IMG/VR virus record: IMGVR_UViG_3300037502_002993
Span: 156,599 to 220,598 of that record
Strand: one strand, 5' to 3'
Length of the DNA: 64,000 nt
The translations under genes were made by a program, and so were the position numbers. This document shows positions 29,872 to 38,802 of this stretch, piece after piece. The notes under the pieces are model-generated. The model was given only the letters and a program-made list of their open reading frames with translations. It was not told where the DNA came from and did not search any database. Within the stretch, counting starts at the first letter, position 1. Each line of letters opens with the position of its first letter.

Positions 29872-30019
29872 CGGGGCACCTGCCCCAGTGCATGAAAAAC
29901 AACAGTTGTCATCATACAGTAAGGATTTCACCCATGGTAGTTTCCTGCGCTTTGGATAAAATACGCTCTGCTGTGATAGTCTGCTAAAGGGGTCCGTCTA
30001 TTGCATAAGGAGAGTCCAC

Positions 30020-31558
30020 TTGATGTTTTCCCCCAAACAATTGCTGGTTCACTGCATTACACTGGCATGCTTTGAACACCGGGAAGGGGTATCGACCTCT
30101 CCCTCGAAAGAACTCGTTGAAAATGTGATTGCCTCACTCCCCATTCCTGAGGCCACCGTAGACCACGATCATGGACGCCAGACCTTTTTGGAGCTACGTG
30201 GGTATGTAATGTGGCTAAACGCGAGAGGGAAAGGGGACTTCCCCACTGAACAGGAGGTGTTACAAAACGTTCAGATTGCCTGTCGTGAAGAGACCTACCT
30301 GTACGAGGCCATTGCCTCTCCGTTGCTTGAGAAACACAAGAACGTCAAAGAAACCGTTAAGATCATCCAGAGTTACCGTAATAAGCTTAGCCAATACCTG
30401 AATGAAGAGAAGATCCGTCAACTGATCAAAGAGTACCAAGGGAAGCTGCTCTTTAAACGCGACCAGTATGACGTAACAGAAACCGTCAGAGAACTCCAAG
30501 AGAAGCTAGAGCCACTGATTGCCATTCGCGGTAAGCAGTCTCACCCCTCACTGATGGGGGAGATCGACTTTGGGAACGGAGAGTCTCTTACAGAAGGGTT
30601 TAATGAAGTCAAGGTCGCGGTATCCCCTGAAGGCGCCTTTAAGACCGGGTGGAAAGCACTCAATCGGATGCTGGGGCCCACTGGCGCAATCAAGCGGGGT
30701 GAGTGTGTGGTAGTGGGGGCGCTACAGCACAACTTCAAGTCCGGCTTTATGATGCTAATGTTCATCTTCTTTGCGATGTTCAATAAACCCTACATGCGCG
30801 ATAAGACCAAAAAACCCCTGTTATACTTTATTTCCTTTGAGAACTCGATCTCTGAGAACCTGTTAACCATCTATAAGTACCTCAAAGAGAATGAGACAGG
30901 GGTGGCGGTGGTGGATAGCCAAGTCAACCCCGATGAAGCAGCAAAGTACGTAGCGGAACAGTTGCGTAAGACGGGGTATGAGCTACGCATGGATCGGTTT
31001 GATCCCACTGAGTTTACCTGCAGTTCATTGATCGCGACACTGGATGGTCTGTCGGCTGATGGGTATGAGATCCACGCGCTCTTTATTGATTACTTGAACA
31101 TGATCAATAAGGCAGGCCTTGAAGCCAAAACCATCGGGGAAGATATCCGTCTGGCATTTCGTCGCGTCAGAAACTTTTGTGCGCCTAGAGGCATCACCTT
31201 TATTTCTCCTCACCAGCTCAGTACAGAGGCACTTCAGCTCACCCGTGAGAATGTGGAAGACTTCGTTAAGGTGGTAGCCAACAAGGGGTATTACGACGGC
31301 TCTAAACGCTTGACACAGGAACCAGATCTGGAGATTTTCCTCCACATCGTCGAAGTCAACGGAGAGAAGTTCTTAACCGTTGCACGGGGTAAACACCGTG
31401 GGACGTCTATCACACCGATGAAAGACCTTTATTTCGTTCTTCCATTCCGTCCCATCGGCACCATCCCTTGGGATGTGGATAAGGAAGATGAAATCACCCT
31501 CAGCGTACCGGGGGGAGGTCCTGTCGGTAGTGGGCAGGAAGAACCCTGGTGGATGTAA
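30020..31558 (+). CDS. dnaB: DnaB-like replicative helicase (phiKZ gp118-like)
   Basis: FKTGWKALNRMLG, variant Walker A GALQHNFKSG, ISFEN, FIDYL, SPHQL, ARGKHRG. Confidence 0.88.
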   Translation: MMFSPKQLLVHCITLACFEHREGVSTSPSKELVENVIASLPIPEATVDHDHGRQTFLELRGYVMWLNARGKGDFPTEQEVLQNVQIACREETYLYEAIASPLLEKHKNVKETVKIIQSYRNKLSQYLNEEKIRQLIKEYQGKLLFKRDQYDVTETVRELQEKLEPLIAIRGKQSHPSLMGEIDFGNGESLTEGFNEVKVAVSPEGAFKTGWKALNRMLGPTGAIKRGECVVVGALQHNFKSGFMMLMFIFFAMFNKPYMRDKTKKPLLYFISFENSISENLLTIYKYLKENETGVAVVDSQVNPDEAAKYVAEQLRKTGYELRMDRFDPTEFTCSSLIATLDGLSADGYEIHALFIDYLNMINKAGLEAKTIGEDIRLAFRRVRNFCAPRGITFISPHQLSTEALQLTRENVEDFVKVVANKGYYDGSKRLTQEPDLEIFLHIVEVNGEKFLTVARGKHRGTSITPMKDLYFVLPFRPIGTIPWDVDKEDEITLSVPGGGPVGSGQEEPWWM

Positions 31559-31585
31559 TCCCTCCTTTTGTAAGAGGATCGAATA

Positions 31586-31954
31586 ATGAAGACCCATCAA
31601 GAACCCCTAGTGATCATGGCAGAAAGCCGAGTGACTATGGTGCGAGATATCGTCTCTCGTGTCATGCAGGTTCCGTCTCAGGACCCGCCTCAGCATATTG
31701 AGATATTCACCTCAGGAGACTACAGCTACTTGCTGATGCTGTTGGTGTTTGAACTGGAGATTGCGCTTCAGGTGGAAACACCCACCAATGGGTTCAATAA
31801 TGCGGCTGAAGCCATGGCGCAACTACAACACCTCATCCAACATCACCACGGTGGTATCACCATTGATATCGCGGAGAAGGAACTACTGACCGTGAACCGC
31901 CGTTATCGGACGTTCCACACCGTAGGGCCTACTCTACTCTTTGTTGAACAGTAA
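31586..31954 (+). CDS. Hypothetical protein
   Basis: GAGGA SD, followed by a terminator-like hairpin. Confidence 0.6.
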   Translation: MKTHQEPLVIMAESRVTMVRDIVSRVMQVPSQDPPQHIEIFTSGDYSYLLMLLVFELEIALQVETPTNGFNNAAEAMAQLQHLIQHHHGGITIDIAEKELLTVNRRYRTFHTVGPTLLFVEQ

Positions 31955-31970
31955 GGCATGCACCATACTA

Positions 31971-32056
31971 CCGGGGGCCTTTGGGTCCCCGGTTATGCCC
32001 TCGGCAACAAAAAAAAAGAAGACAGCGGCATAAAAGGCCCTCCCCGAAGGGAGGGC
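31971..32056. terminator. Back-to-back hairpins, each ending in TTATGCC
   Basis: Plus-strand hairpin 31971-31999 and minus-strand hairpin 32026-32056 between convergent genes. Confidence 0.7.
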
Positions 32057-32146
32057 AAAACGAGTCACCACCCAAGAAGAAGGGAGACGTGCTTGCGATG
32101 AAGGTGTAACAACCTGCCAAAGGTGAAGCAAACACGCTCCATACTA

Positions 32147-32452
32147 TCATTTCTTGCCAAGTAGTGAGGTTTCGATAAAGGCCCTTAAGTTATACTCCCT
32201 TAAGGTGGGGTTTTGGTACATGGGGTCGAACAGTTCTGCTTGATGGAGATAACTGGCTACAGCATGGAGTTGTCGGTCAGTGAGTCGGTACTCACTCACC
32301 ACACGCTGGGCGGTATCACTGCTGGATTCTGCAGGACTTGGCCAGATCAGCCAACTCACAGCAATTGCGAGGAAGAAGATCAAATAGCACGCCATCAACT
32401 CCTTGCGAATGGCTTTACGTTCCAGGGCATTCTGGTAGTTAGTTTTTCTCAT
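32147..32452 (-). CDS. Small membrane-anchored protein
   Basis: One transmembrane segment; AAGGA SD. Confidence 0.6.
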   Translation of the reverse strand: MRKTNYQNALERKAIRKELMACYLIFFLAIAVSWLIWPSPAESSSDTAQRVVSEYRLTDRQLHAVASYLHQAELFDPMYQNPTLREYNLRAFIETSLLGKK

Positions 32453-32466
32453 GAGGAAGTTCCTTA

Positions 32467-33030
32467 TTAGCTAACAGCGTGATGATTGCGCCGACTCTGG
32501 CGCAGGTACTTGGTTTTATTGCGAGTGGTGGATGCTTTGAACTTCAGGCTTTTTGTGGTGATCTGGTTCGTTGCGGTATCAATCTGTAGGAACTCATCAG
32601 AGAATCCCCGTTGATGGAGCGCCATGGCGATTTTGTACCAGGCTTCTTTTCCAGCATCAGTGATGATTACCTCACCGAGCTGGTAGGGAGTGGCATCACC
32701 ATAGCGGTAACGAAACCCCCCCTCTAGCAAAGGGACATGGATATCGGCACCTTGAAAATCCGTCAGGGTGTAGGAGACCTCCAAACGTTCAGGTTTATGG
32801 CGATAAGCCACCTCCAGAACATGCAGAGAATCATCCGGGATAAAGTCCGTGGTAATAGTGCCCATCCCCCCACAATACCGAGAGACGTCACTAGACGACC
32901 CTCTCGCAATGCGAAAGATATCCCGCTTGGGGCAGTAACCCGCACCAATAGAAAGGTTCGGTTGGCGAGGTTGGGCCACCGTAACGTGGAATGGCGTAAT
33001 GGTGATATTATCGAAGTGGTGCAGTTCCAT
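32467..33030 (-). CDS. Hypothetical protein
   Basis: AAAAATCAAAA leader plus AGGA SD. Confidence 0.65.
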   Translation of the reverse strand: MELHHFDNITITPFHVTVAQPRQPNLSIGAGYCPKRDIFRIARGSSSDVSRYCGGMGTITTDFIPDDSLHVLEVAYRHKPERLEVSYTLTDFQGADIHVPLLEGGFRYRYGDATPYQLGEVIITDAGKEAWYKIAMALHQRGFSDEFLQIDTATNQITTKSLKFKASTTRNKTKYLRQSRRNHHAVS

Positions 33031-33052
33031 AAGGACGGTCCTTTTTTGATTT

Positions 33053-33553
33053 TTAACGAGTCGGGCTGTAGTGGAAGGGAATGGCGTAGTCCGGTGTCAA
33101 CAGCACGTAGGGATTAGTTAGTTCCCAATCCCTTTTCAACGCTTCGGCCCACTTTTTATCGGGATAGCGCACTCGCAGGCGATAATGGTGGAGGCGATAC
33201 AGATCCCCACTGCGGTTGATCAGGACTCCTACCATTTCTGACAGCAGTCGATCTTCCACACGGGTAAGCTTGTCTTCTGGGCGGTTTACCGCCCCCATCA
33301 TGCCGTTTGCCGAGAGAAAGCGGACTAATTCCTCCAGGTGTTCATCCTTAATGGACTCAGATGGCTCTGTAAGCTCGTCTGAGGAACGTTCGGTGGCGTC
33401 CCTGGGGGTATGTACCGGGGTGGGGTCATAAAGGCGCTCAGCGCCAATACAGGGGGATTTACGGGACAGGGTGCGCTTGGCCGTGGTGTTGACCGCAGTG
33501 ATACCCGCCCAACCAATAACCAGCAAGACAAAGAAAGCGATTAAGAAAGGCAT
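33053..33553 (-). CDS. Hypothetical membrane-anchored protein
   Basis: N-terminal transmembrane segment; AAAAATCAAAA leader plus AGGAG SD. Confidence 0.65.
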   Translation of the reverse strand: MPFLIAFFVLLVIGWAGITAVNTTAKRTLSRKSPCIGAERLYDPTPVHTPRDATERSSDELTEPSESIKDEHLEELVRFLSANGMMGAVNRPEDKLTRVEDRLLSEMVGVLINRSGDLYRLHHYRLRVRYPDKKWAEALKRDWELTNPYVLLTPDYAIPFHYSPTR

Positions 33554-33601
33554 GGGAAAACTCCTTTTTGATTTTTAGTGAGGTACTACCACCTTTAGGA
33601 T

Positions 33602-33735
33602 TTGACACTCCCCTAACTTCAGGGATTCCTGCTTCATCGAGCTGACTTACTCCCACTATTGCTGGAAGCAGAGGTCAATCTCCCCACAAGCATTTTAAGA
33701 GTCCGTATGCCCTACGGCCTCTGCTAAAGCCACTG
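33602..33735 (-). ncRNA. TnpB omegaRNA scaffold; predicted guide begins at 33601 (ATCCTAAAGGTGGTAGTACC)
   Basis: CCGTAGGGCATACGG...ATGCTTGTGGGGAG...CTCGATGAAGCAGGAATCCC...TCAA resembles right-end RNAs of this family. Confidence 0.75.
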
Positions 33736-33736
33736 T

Positions 33737-34954
33737 TCAAGCAGTGATGTGGTGTTCTTGGATGAACACCGCAGTCAGTGTGTTCCTCAGATGACTCGCT
33801 GGTGGGAGCATGTCGAGCGCCATGTTCCGCAGGTTGATGGCGGCATTGTGGTCTCGATCATGCTGAGTCCCACAACTGGGGCACACCCACCAACGTTGGT
33901 GTAGCTTGAGCTTGTGTTCTTTCTCTAGTCTGTGGTTACACACACTGCATGTTTGACTGCTCGGGAAGAATCTCTCTGCGATGACCACCTTGCAGTGCTG
34001 CGACTCATCGGCCTTGTAGAGCAACATGGACAGGAACTGTCGCCATCCACAGTCAGCAATGTGTTTAGCGAGTCTCCTGTTCCTGACCATGCCCTCAATA
34101 TTGAGGTCCTCAATAGCAATAGTCATGCACTGGTCTACAAGGCTTCTAGAAAGCTTGTGCTGAAAGTCCATTCGACACTGCTTGGTTTTCGCGTATGTCT
34201 TAGCGACTTTCAGCTTTTGCTTTCTGTAGTTAACACTACCTTTCTTTTTCCTAGAAAGAGAGCGTTGCGCCCTCGCCAGTCTCCTGGCATACTGCTCTTG
34301 GTATTTGGGATTGGCATACTCCTTCCCTTCTGAGTCTACCGCAAAGGTCTTGATCCCTAAGTCCAACCCCAAATGTATCTGTCCATTCGTGAGTCGGGGT
34401 TCTACTTCACAAATGAAACAAGCATAATACTTACCATCAGACTCACGAATGATACTACAGGAAGAAGGTTGGGTGGGGAGCACCCCACCCCACTTTTCGT
34501 TCTTGTAACTCCATTTAGTTTTGATAGGGGAATGCATGACTTTAGCCATGCGGAATTCCCCACTCTCCAAATCTAAGGAAAAGGCATCACCTACTAACCG
34601 AATGGATTGACGACTCTGTTTCTTTTTGAATTTAGGAAACCCAACTCTTCCTTTTCCTTTGAAAAAGGATTGGAAAGCTACCCCGAGGTCTCGTAGGGAC
34701 TGTTGCAGTGCGACCGCTGAAACATCATAGAGAAACCCATGTTCTTTCTTTAACTCGGGGAGTCTTACGACGAGTGAATTCGCACTCAGTTTGGGTTTCT
34801 CTAATGTTGGGTTTGTCTGGTAGGCTTTGTATTCCTCTTGTACCCTGTTGAGAACCTGATTCCAGACAAACCGTTTACAACCAAACGACCTCACCAGGAG
34901 GTCTTTCTGCACGACATTCGGATAGATCCGAAAACGAAATGTTTTCGTCGCCAT
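33737..34954 (-). CDS. tnpB: RNA-guided endonuclease TnpB
   Basis: FRFRIYP...GCKRFVWN, RuvC GLDLG / IEDL / DRDHNAA intact, CSVC...CPSC zinc finger; AGGAGG SD. Confidence 0.95.
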   Translation of the reverse strand: MATKTFRFRIYPNVVQKDLLVRSFGCKRFVWNQVLNRVQEEYKAYQTNPTLEKPKLSANSLVVRLPELKKEHGFLYDVSAVALQQSLRDLGVAFQSFFKGKGRVGFPKFKKKQSRQSIRLVGDAFSLDLESGEFRMAKVMHSPIKTKWSYKNEKWGGVLPTQPSSCSIIRESDGKYYACFICEVEPRLTNGQIHLGLDLGIKTFAVDSEGKEYANPKYQEQYARRLARAQRSLSRKKKGSVNYRKQKLKVAKTYAKTKQCRMDFQHKLSRSLVDQCMTIAIEDLNIEGMVRNRRLAKHIADCGWRQFLSMLLYKADESQHCKVVIAERFFPSSQTCSVCNHRLEKEHKLKLHQRWWVCPSCGTQHDRDHNAAINLRNMALDMLPPASHLRNTLTAVFIQEHHITA

Positions 34955-35064
34955 GGCTGGCCTCCTGGGGAAATGAGTTAGTCTATACATGTGGAGTCTG
35001 GCGATGCAAATCATCCTCTACCTGAAGGAGGAGGCTTTATGACCACTCCTGAACAAAGACCATG

Positions 35065-35283
35065 TCACTTACTCCGCGTTGGACAGGTGGGTAACCGTTG
35101 AACCTCGTTATAGGCCATCATGAAGTCACCGACACTCTGCGGGATACGTGTATTGAGGACGCGCTCACAGAGCCTGCGAACGCGGAGAATGTCTTCCGCC
35201 AGCTGCGGGGATGTGAGGTTTCCAGGCTTACCCACCTGATCGGTAGCCTCCATAAACTCACCAATAGTCATATCACGATTCAT
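35065..35283 (-). CDS. Small hypothetical early protein
   Basis: GGGAG SD, downstream of the promoter-like motif. Confidence 0.6.
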   Translation of the reverse strand: MNRDMTIGEFMEATDQVGKPGNLTSPQLAEDILRVRRLCERVLNTRIPQSVGDFMMAYNEVQRLPTCPTRSK

Positions 35284-35326
35284 GTTTACTCTCCCAGAAT
35301 AGTCCGATGGTGTACCGGATTCACTC

Positions 35327-35345
35327 TCAGGATATAGGTGTCAAG
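35327..35345 (-). promoter_or_regulatory. Putative early promoter
   Basis: CTTGACACCTATATCCTGA, similar to 25516-25534. Confidence 0.55.
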
Positions 35346-35434
35346 ACCTGTGGATTGAACGACTCTGTTATATCGCGAGGTACGACATAACACCCCTCCC
35401 CAAAGGGAGGGAGTTACTCGGTTCCTTAAGAAAG

Positions 35435-36793
35435 TCACGTAGTTAGGTGCTCAGGGTCCTCTCGGGTGAGGAACACCTTCAATGTGGTTGATGCGGGAAA
35501 GTTCTGTGTAACAACACCGGGGGTATCGGGCGTGCGATCTTCTTTCACCCCTAGAAGCACCCCATCGTACTGTTGTAACTCATCGTCCCCCGCGACATAA
35601 TATTTTACCGGCATTCCTGGGTAGAGCAGATTGATGTCTCCACGCTGCCATTCAATGGCCAGGTATCTCCCCCGTTTTCGGGCAAGGTCACTGTAGTGCT
35701 TAAAGGGATTTGACGTAGCGCGCTCGCGACTCCAACGCGCGTGGGTCTTCTCAGACTTCAATTGATCGCCTTCAAACTCATACAAATTCTCCTGGCGATT
35801 CAAACGCGTGCGGTTTCCTTCGCTCTTACCAAAAGACATCATGCCATCGGCATTGGTGAAGCGTCTGGCGTTACCTTCATTCAACTGCTGGTACAGTGCC
35901 CCTTCATCCACTTGGACGTCACTGTTTGCCACCACGATGATTTGCTGATCGGTAACGCGATAGGTCCTCTCTGCTCCGTAATACCGATTGGGGGGAACGC
36001 GGATAATGGTGAGAGTCCTTGGTTCTTCTCGGGTACGGGTGGGGTTGTATAGAGGGTAGACGTACCAGAGACCTCCCTGTAGGAAACAGCCAAGTCCCGC
36101 GCTGTAGATTCCCCCTTCCTCGTTCTGTAGGTAATGGGGTACGTCCTCCAGTGGCGTGCCATGGGGAATGACAATCTGCTCTTTGACTGTCTGGGAGAAC
36201 CCTCCGATCACATCCACCCCTGTGATGCGCTCTTCTTCACTTAGCGTGAGTGTCCCGGATGCTTCCGTTAATATCCCCCTCAATACATCCATGGGGGTAT
36301 TACGGCGAAAGATATCTCCCACCGACACCATCCGACACTGATAGAGGGCCTCATCGAGGAGTTGGAACTGCACGGTTTTCATGCCCGTCTTGTTCATGTC
36401 TTCTCGATTTGAGGAGTGTGGACTTAAGGCCTCCATGTTGGGCTGATCCTGGGTGAGGAGGACTGCTCGATAGCGCCGTTGGCGAATCTCCCCGTCTTCA
36501 TTCACCTCACGGCTCTCCCGCAGGGGCTCAATGAACAGGTCGATCAAAAGATTCTCTCGATGTGGTAGGATCAGATAGGTGTAGTCTCCGTTCCCCATCA
36601 GGCAGCTCAGCTGACTGTTCTCCCCAAACCCTACCTCGTAGTCCCGCTCAATCCCCACGTAGTCTAGTTTGACCGGAGAGAACCACTGACCCCCTGCCTT
36701 GATCATGCAGGAGAGGCGGTAGTGCCCAATCCCCTCCCCACTCTCAATGATGGCACCGACCTCCTCTAACAGGAGGGTTGCATCAACGGCCAT
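35435..36793 (-). CDS. Virion structural protein, possibly baseplate hub (gp101 position)
   Basis: 452 aa; LQNEEGGIYSAGLGCF, LLYPGMPV; synteny. Confidence 0.6.
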   Translation of the reverse strand: MAVDATLLLEEVGAIIESGEGIGHYRLSCMIKAGGQWFSPVKLDYVGIERDYEVGFGENSQLSCLMGNGDYTYLILPHRENLLIDLFIEPLRESREVNEDGEIRQRRYRAVLLTQDQPNMEALSPHSSNREDMNKTGMKTVQFQLLDEALYQCRMVSVGDIFRRNTPMDVLRGILTEASGTLTLSEEERITGVDVIGGFSQTVKEQIVIPHGTPLEDVPHYLQNEEGGIYSAGLGCFLQGGLWYVYPLYNPTRTREEPRTLTIIRVPPNRYYGAERTYRVTDQQIIVVANSDVQVDEGALYQQLNEGNARRFTNADGMMSFGKSEGNRTRLNRQENLYEFEGDQLKSEKTHARWSRERATSNPFKHYSDLARKRGRYLAIEWQRGDINLLYPGMPVKYYVAGDDELQQYDGVLLGVKEDRTPDTPGVVTQNFPASTTLKVFLTREDPEHLTT

Positions 36794-36799
36794 GAGACA

Positions 36800-37363
36800 T
36801 CACTCCTGTAGACGACGTTCAATTCGATCCACGATGGACACGTAGGGTTTCTCGTGGGCTTTCTCTTCCTTCTGCTTAGCAGTGATGTAACTGCTCACAC
36901 TACTGCGCCGCATGTTCATGGCGTGAATGCGTTCACGCACCAAGTTGCGACTCGTTTCTCGTGGTTGAAAATACTTCGCTATGGAGTGAATGGCAATGGC
37001 CACATCCTCCAGCATACGAAACTCCTCAATAGGCGGGACGTCGTCGATATGACACCCCGCGACCACCATCGCTTCCCAGTCCCGTAGGTGCTCTTGGATG
37101 TCTTCATAAACATCGACCGTATCGCGGGGATTAACGAAGTCCACCACTGCCCCCTGGGCATGTAGCATGGCAAGGCCTGCAGGGGTCTGACGCATAACCT
37201 CAACGGTCGATAGGCGCTCACGGTCAAGCTTCCCATCTCCCGTGACGGGATACCCCACTTTCTCAATGTACTTTTCCCCGTACATGAAGATAGGGGGTAG
37301 GCGCACCGGGTAGCGAAAGTGAAACAAGCGATATGCTGCCGTTTTGATCTTAGGACGACTCAT
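36800..37363 (-). CDS. Conserved hypothetical protein (gp100 position)
   Basis: GAGGT SD, within the operon. Confidence 0.6.
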   Translation of the reverse strand: MSRPKIKTAAYRLFHFRYPVRLPPIFMYGEKYIEKVGYPVTGDGKLDRERLSTVEVMRQTPAGLAMLHAQGAVVDFVNPRDTVDVYEDIQEHLRDWEAMVVAGCHIDDVPPIEEFRMLEDVAIAIHSIAKYFQPRETSRNLVRERIHAMNMRRSSVSSYITAKQKEEKAHEKPYVSIVDRIERRLQE

Positions 37364-37372
37364 GGCAATACC

Positions 37373-38791
37373 TCACGCACTGCGAGTGCCGACATGGAGG
37401 AGGGCCCAGACCAGCGGATAGAAATAGAACCGCTCCAGGTTATCCCAGTCCCAAAGGGAGTCTAATAAGGCATCGAGCTGTTCCATGTTCAGGGCCTTGG
37501 CTTGAACCATCTGCCATACCAGTAGCTCCAGCTTTGACATCCCAGCGGGGTCCTCCTGATAAAACGCCTCACTGAGAACGTAGTAATCATCCTTGACCAC
37601 GGGGTGGATATCCGCCGGTACCTTCCAGGGGGGGATCTCCTCGACCTCGTCACGGCGCATAAAGAACAGATGGCCACGTTCCATTTGCGGGGGCAGGGGA
37701 TAGTTGGGCAACCGCCTTGGCTTCCCTTCGGTGTAGTTCATCCCGATGATGCTGCGTTGGGCCTTGCCGTTGTACCACGCATCAATGTCGGTCGGCGCAT
37801 CACTTGGAAAGACCACACAACGAATGCCGGTAAACCCAAGCGCCTGCAGGGTCACACGTCCTTTGAATGCCGTTGTGGTGAATAGCTGAACTCGCTGTGT
37901 GCACCCATAGAGCTTACTTACGTCGCGCCTGACGATAGCGTCCCACAGGGTGGGTTGTTTCATCACCGGTTCTGCACTGACATTAAGCTCTCGCACCTTA
38001 CGTACATCAGGGTGGTCGGCATGGCTGACCATCTTCAGAAAAGCCTTGACCACAAAGTGATCGTAGGTAGTGACCCCCTGATCAGGCACCAGTAACGTCT
38101 GGAACTGATTGGAGTAGAAATCCGTCAGGTAACGACTGAGCAGTTCTCGCTGGATACCCCTGTAGCGTTCGGCTCGTGTGTATTGGGTTTCGGTAACAAA
38201 GGGACCACACCCCCGCACTAAGCTGTTACGGGAGTAGCGATACTCCTTGATGGTCTTGCGCTCCAGGTCAGTCAATCGCTCAGGACTTAACCGAGAGACC
38301 ATCAGGTAGTCGATGTTGTACACGCTATCGCGTAGGATGGTTGCGCGCTCTGCACGCGTGATGGTGAACACCCCTGCGGTTCCATCCCCCACATCCGCAA
38401 TGAACATATCCCCTTTGTTCGGTACCAAAAAGGGATAGGCGATACCACTGCCGGTAGCGGACATGGTTAACACCTCTTCGTTCTGACTGAACGAGAGGGG
38501 GGTGGTCACCTTAAGGTCCATGCCCCGGATTCGGCGGTACTGTTGATAGATCGGATCGCGGTCCAAGTTCTGTGGCGTGGGTTCGTTATCCTGATGGAGC
38601 ACTTGACTGAAATAGTCAACTGTCCAGTTGGACCCTGCAATCCAGATCAGTAGAGCAGAGCTCGGTGTATACTGGGTGTCAATGGTGATACCACGAAACC
38701 CCTTGTCCTCAATACGTGAAGGAGGAGCCTTCACCTTAATGGGATTCTCCGGTGGAGGCATTGATTCCTGCTCTTCGTCAAAGAGTGCCAT
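37373..38791 (-). CDS. Virion structural protein, possibly neck/head completion (gp99 position)
   Basis: GSNWTVDYFSQ, PNKGDMFIADVGDG; synteny. Confidence 0.6.
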   Translation of the reverse strand: MALFDEEQESMPPPENPIKVKAPPSRIEDKGFRGITIDTQYTPSSALLIWIAGSNWTVDYFSQVLHQDNEPTPQNLDRDPIYQQYRRIRGMDLKVTTPLSFSQNEEVLTMSATGSGIAYPFLVPNKGDMFIADVGDGTAGVFTITRAERATILRDSVYNIDYLMVSRLSPERLTDLERKTIKEYRYSRNSLVRGCGPFVTETQYTRAERYRGIQRELLSRYLTDFYSNQFQTLLVPDQGVTTYDHFVVKAFLKMVSHADHPDVRKVRELNVSAEPVMKQPTLWDAIVRRDVSKLYGCTQRVQLFTTTAFKGRVTLQALGFTGIRCVVFPSDAPTDIDAWYNGKAQRSIIGMNYTEGKPRRLPNYPLPPQMERGHLFFMRRDEVEEIPPWKVPADIHPVVKDDYYVLSEAFYQEDPAGMSKLELLVWQMVQAKALNMEQLDALLDSLWDWDNLERFYFYPLVWALLHVGTRSA

Positions 38792-38802
38792 AACACCCTC
38801 CC

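Larger units (their letters stand above)
33602..35050 (-). mobile_element. IS200/IS605-family tnpB-only (IS1341-like) element; left boundary approximate
   Basis: Left hairpin AAAG-CCTCCTCCTTCAGGTAGAGG (~35014-35038); right end GAAT-CCCT...AGGGG-AGTG-TCAA; no tnpA in the window. Confidence 0.8.
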
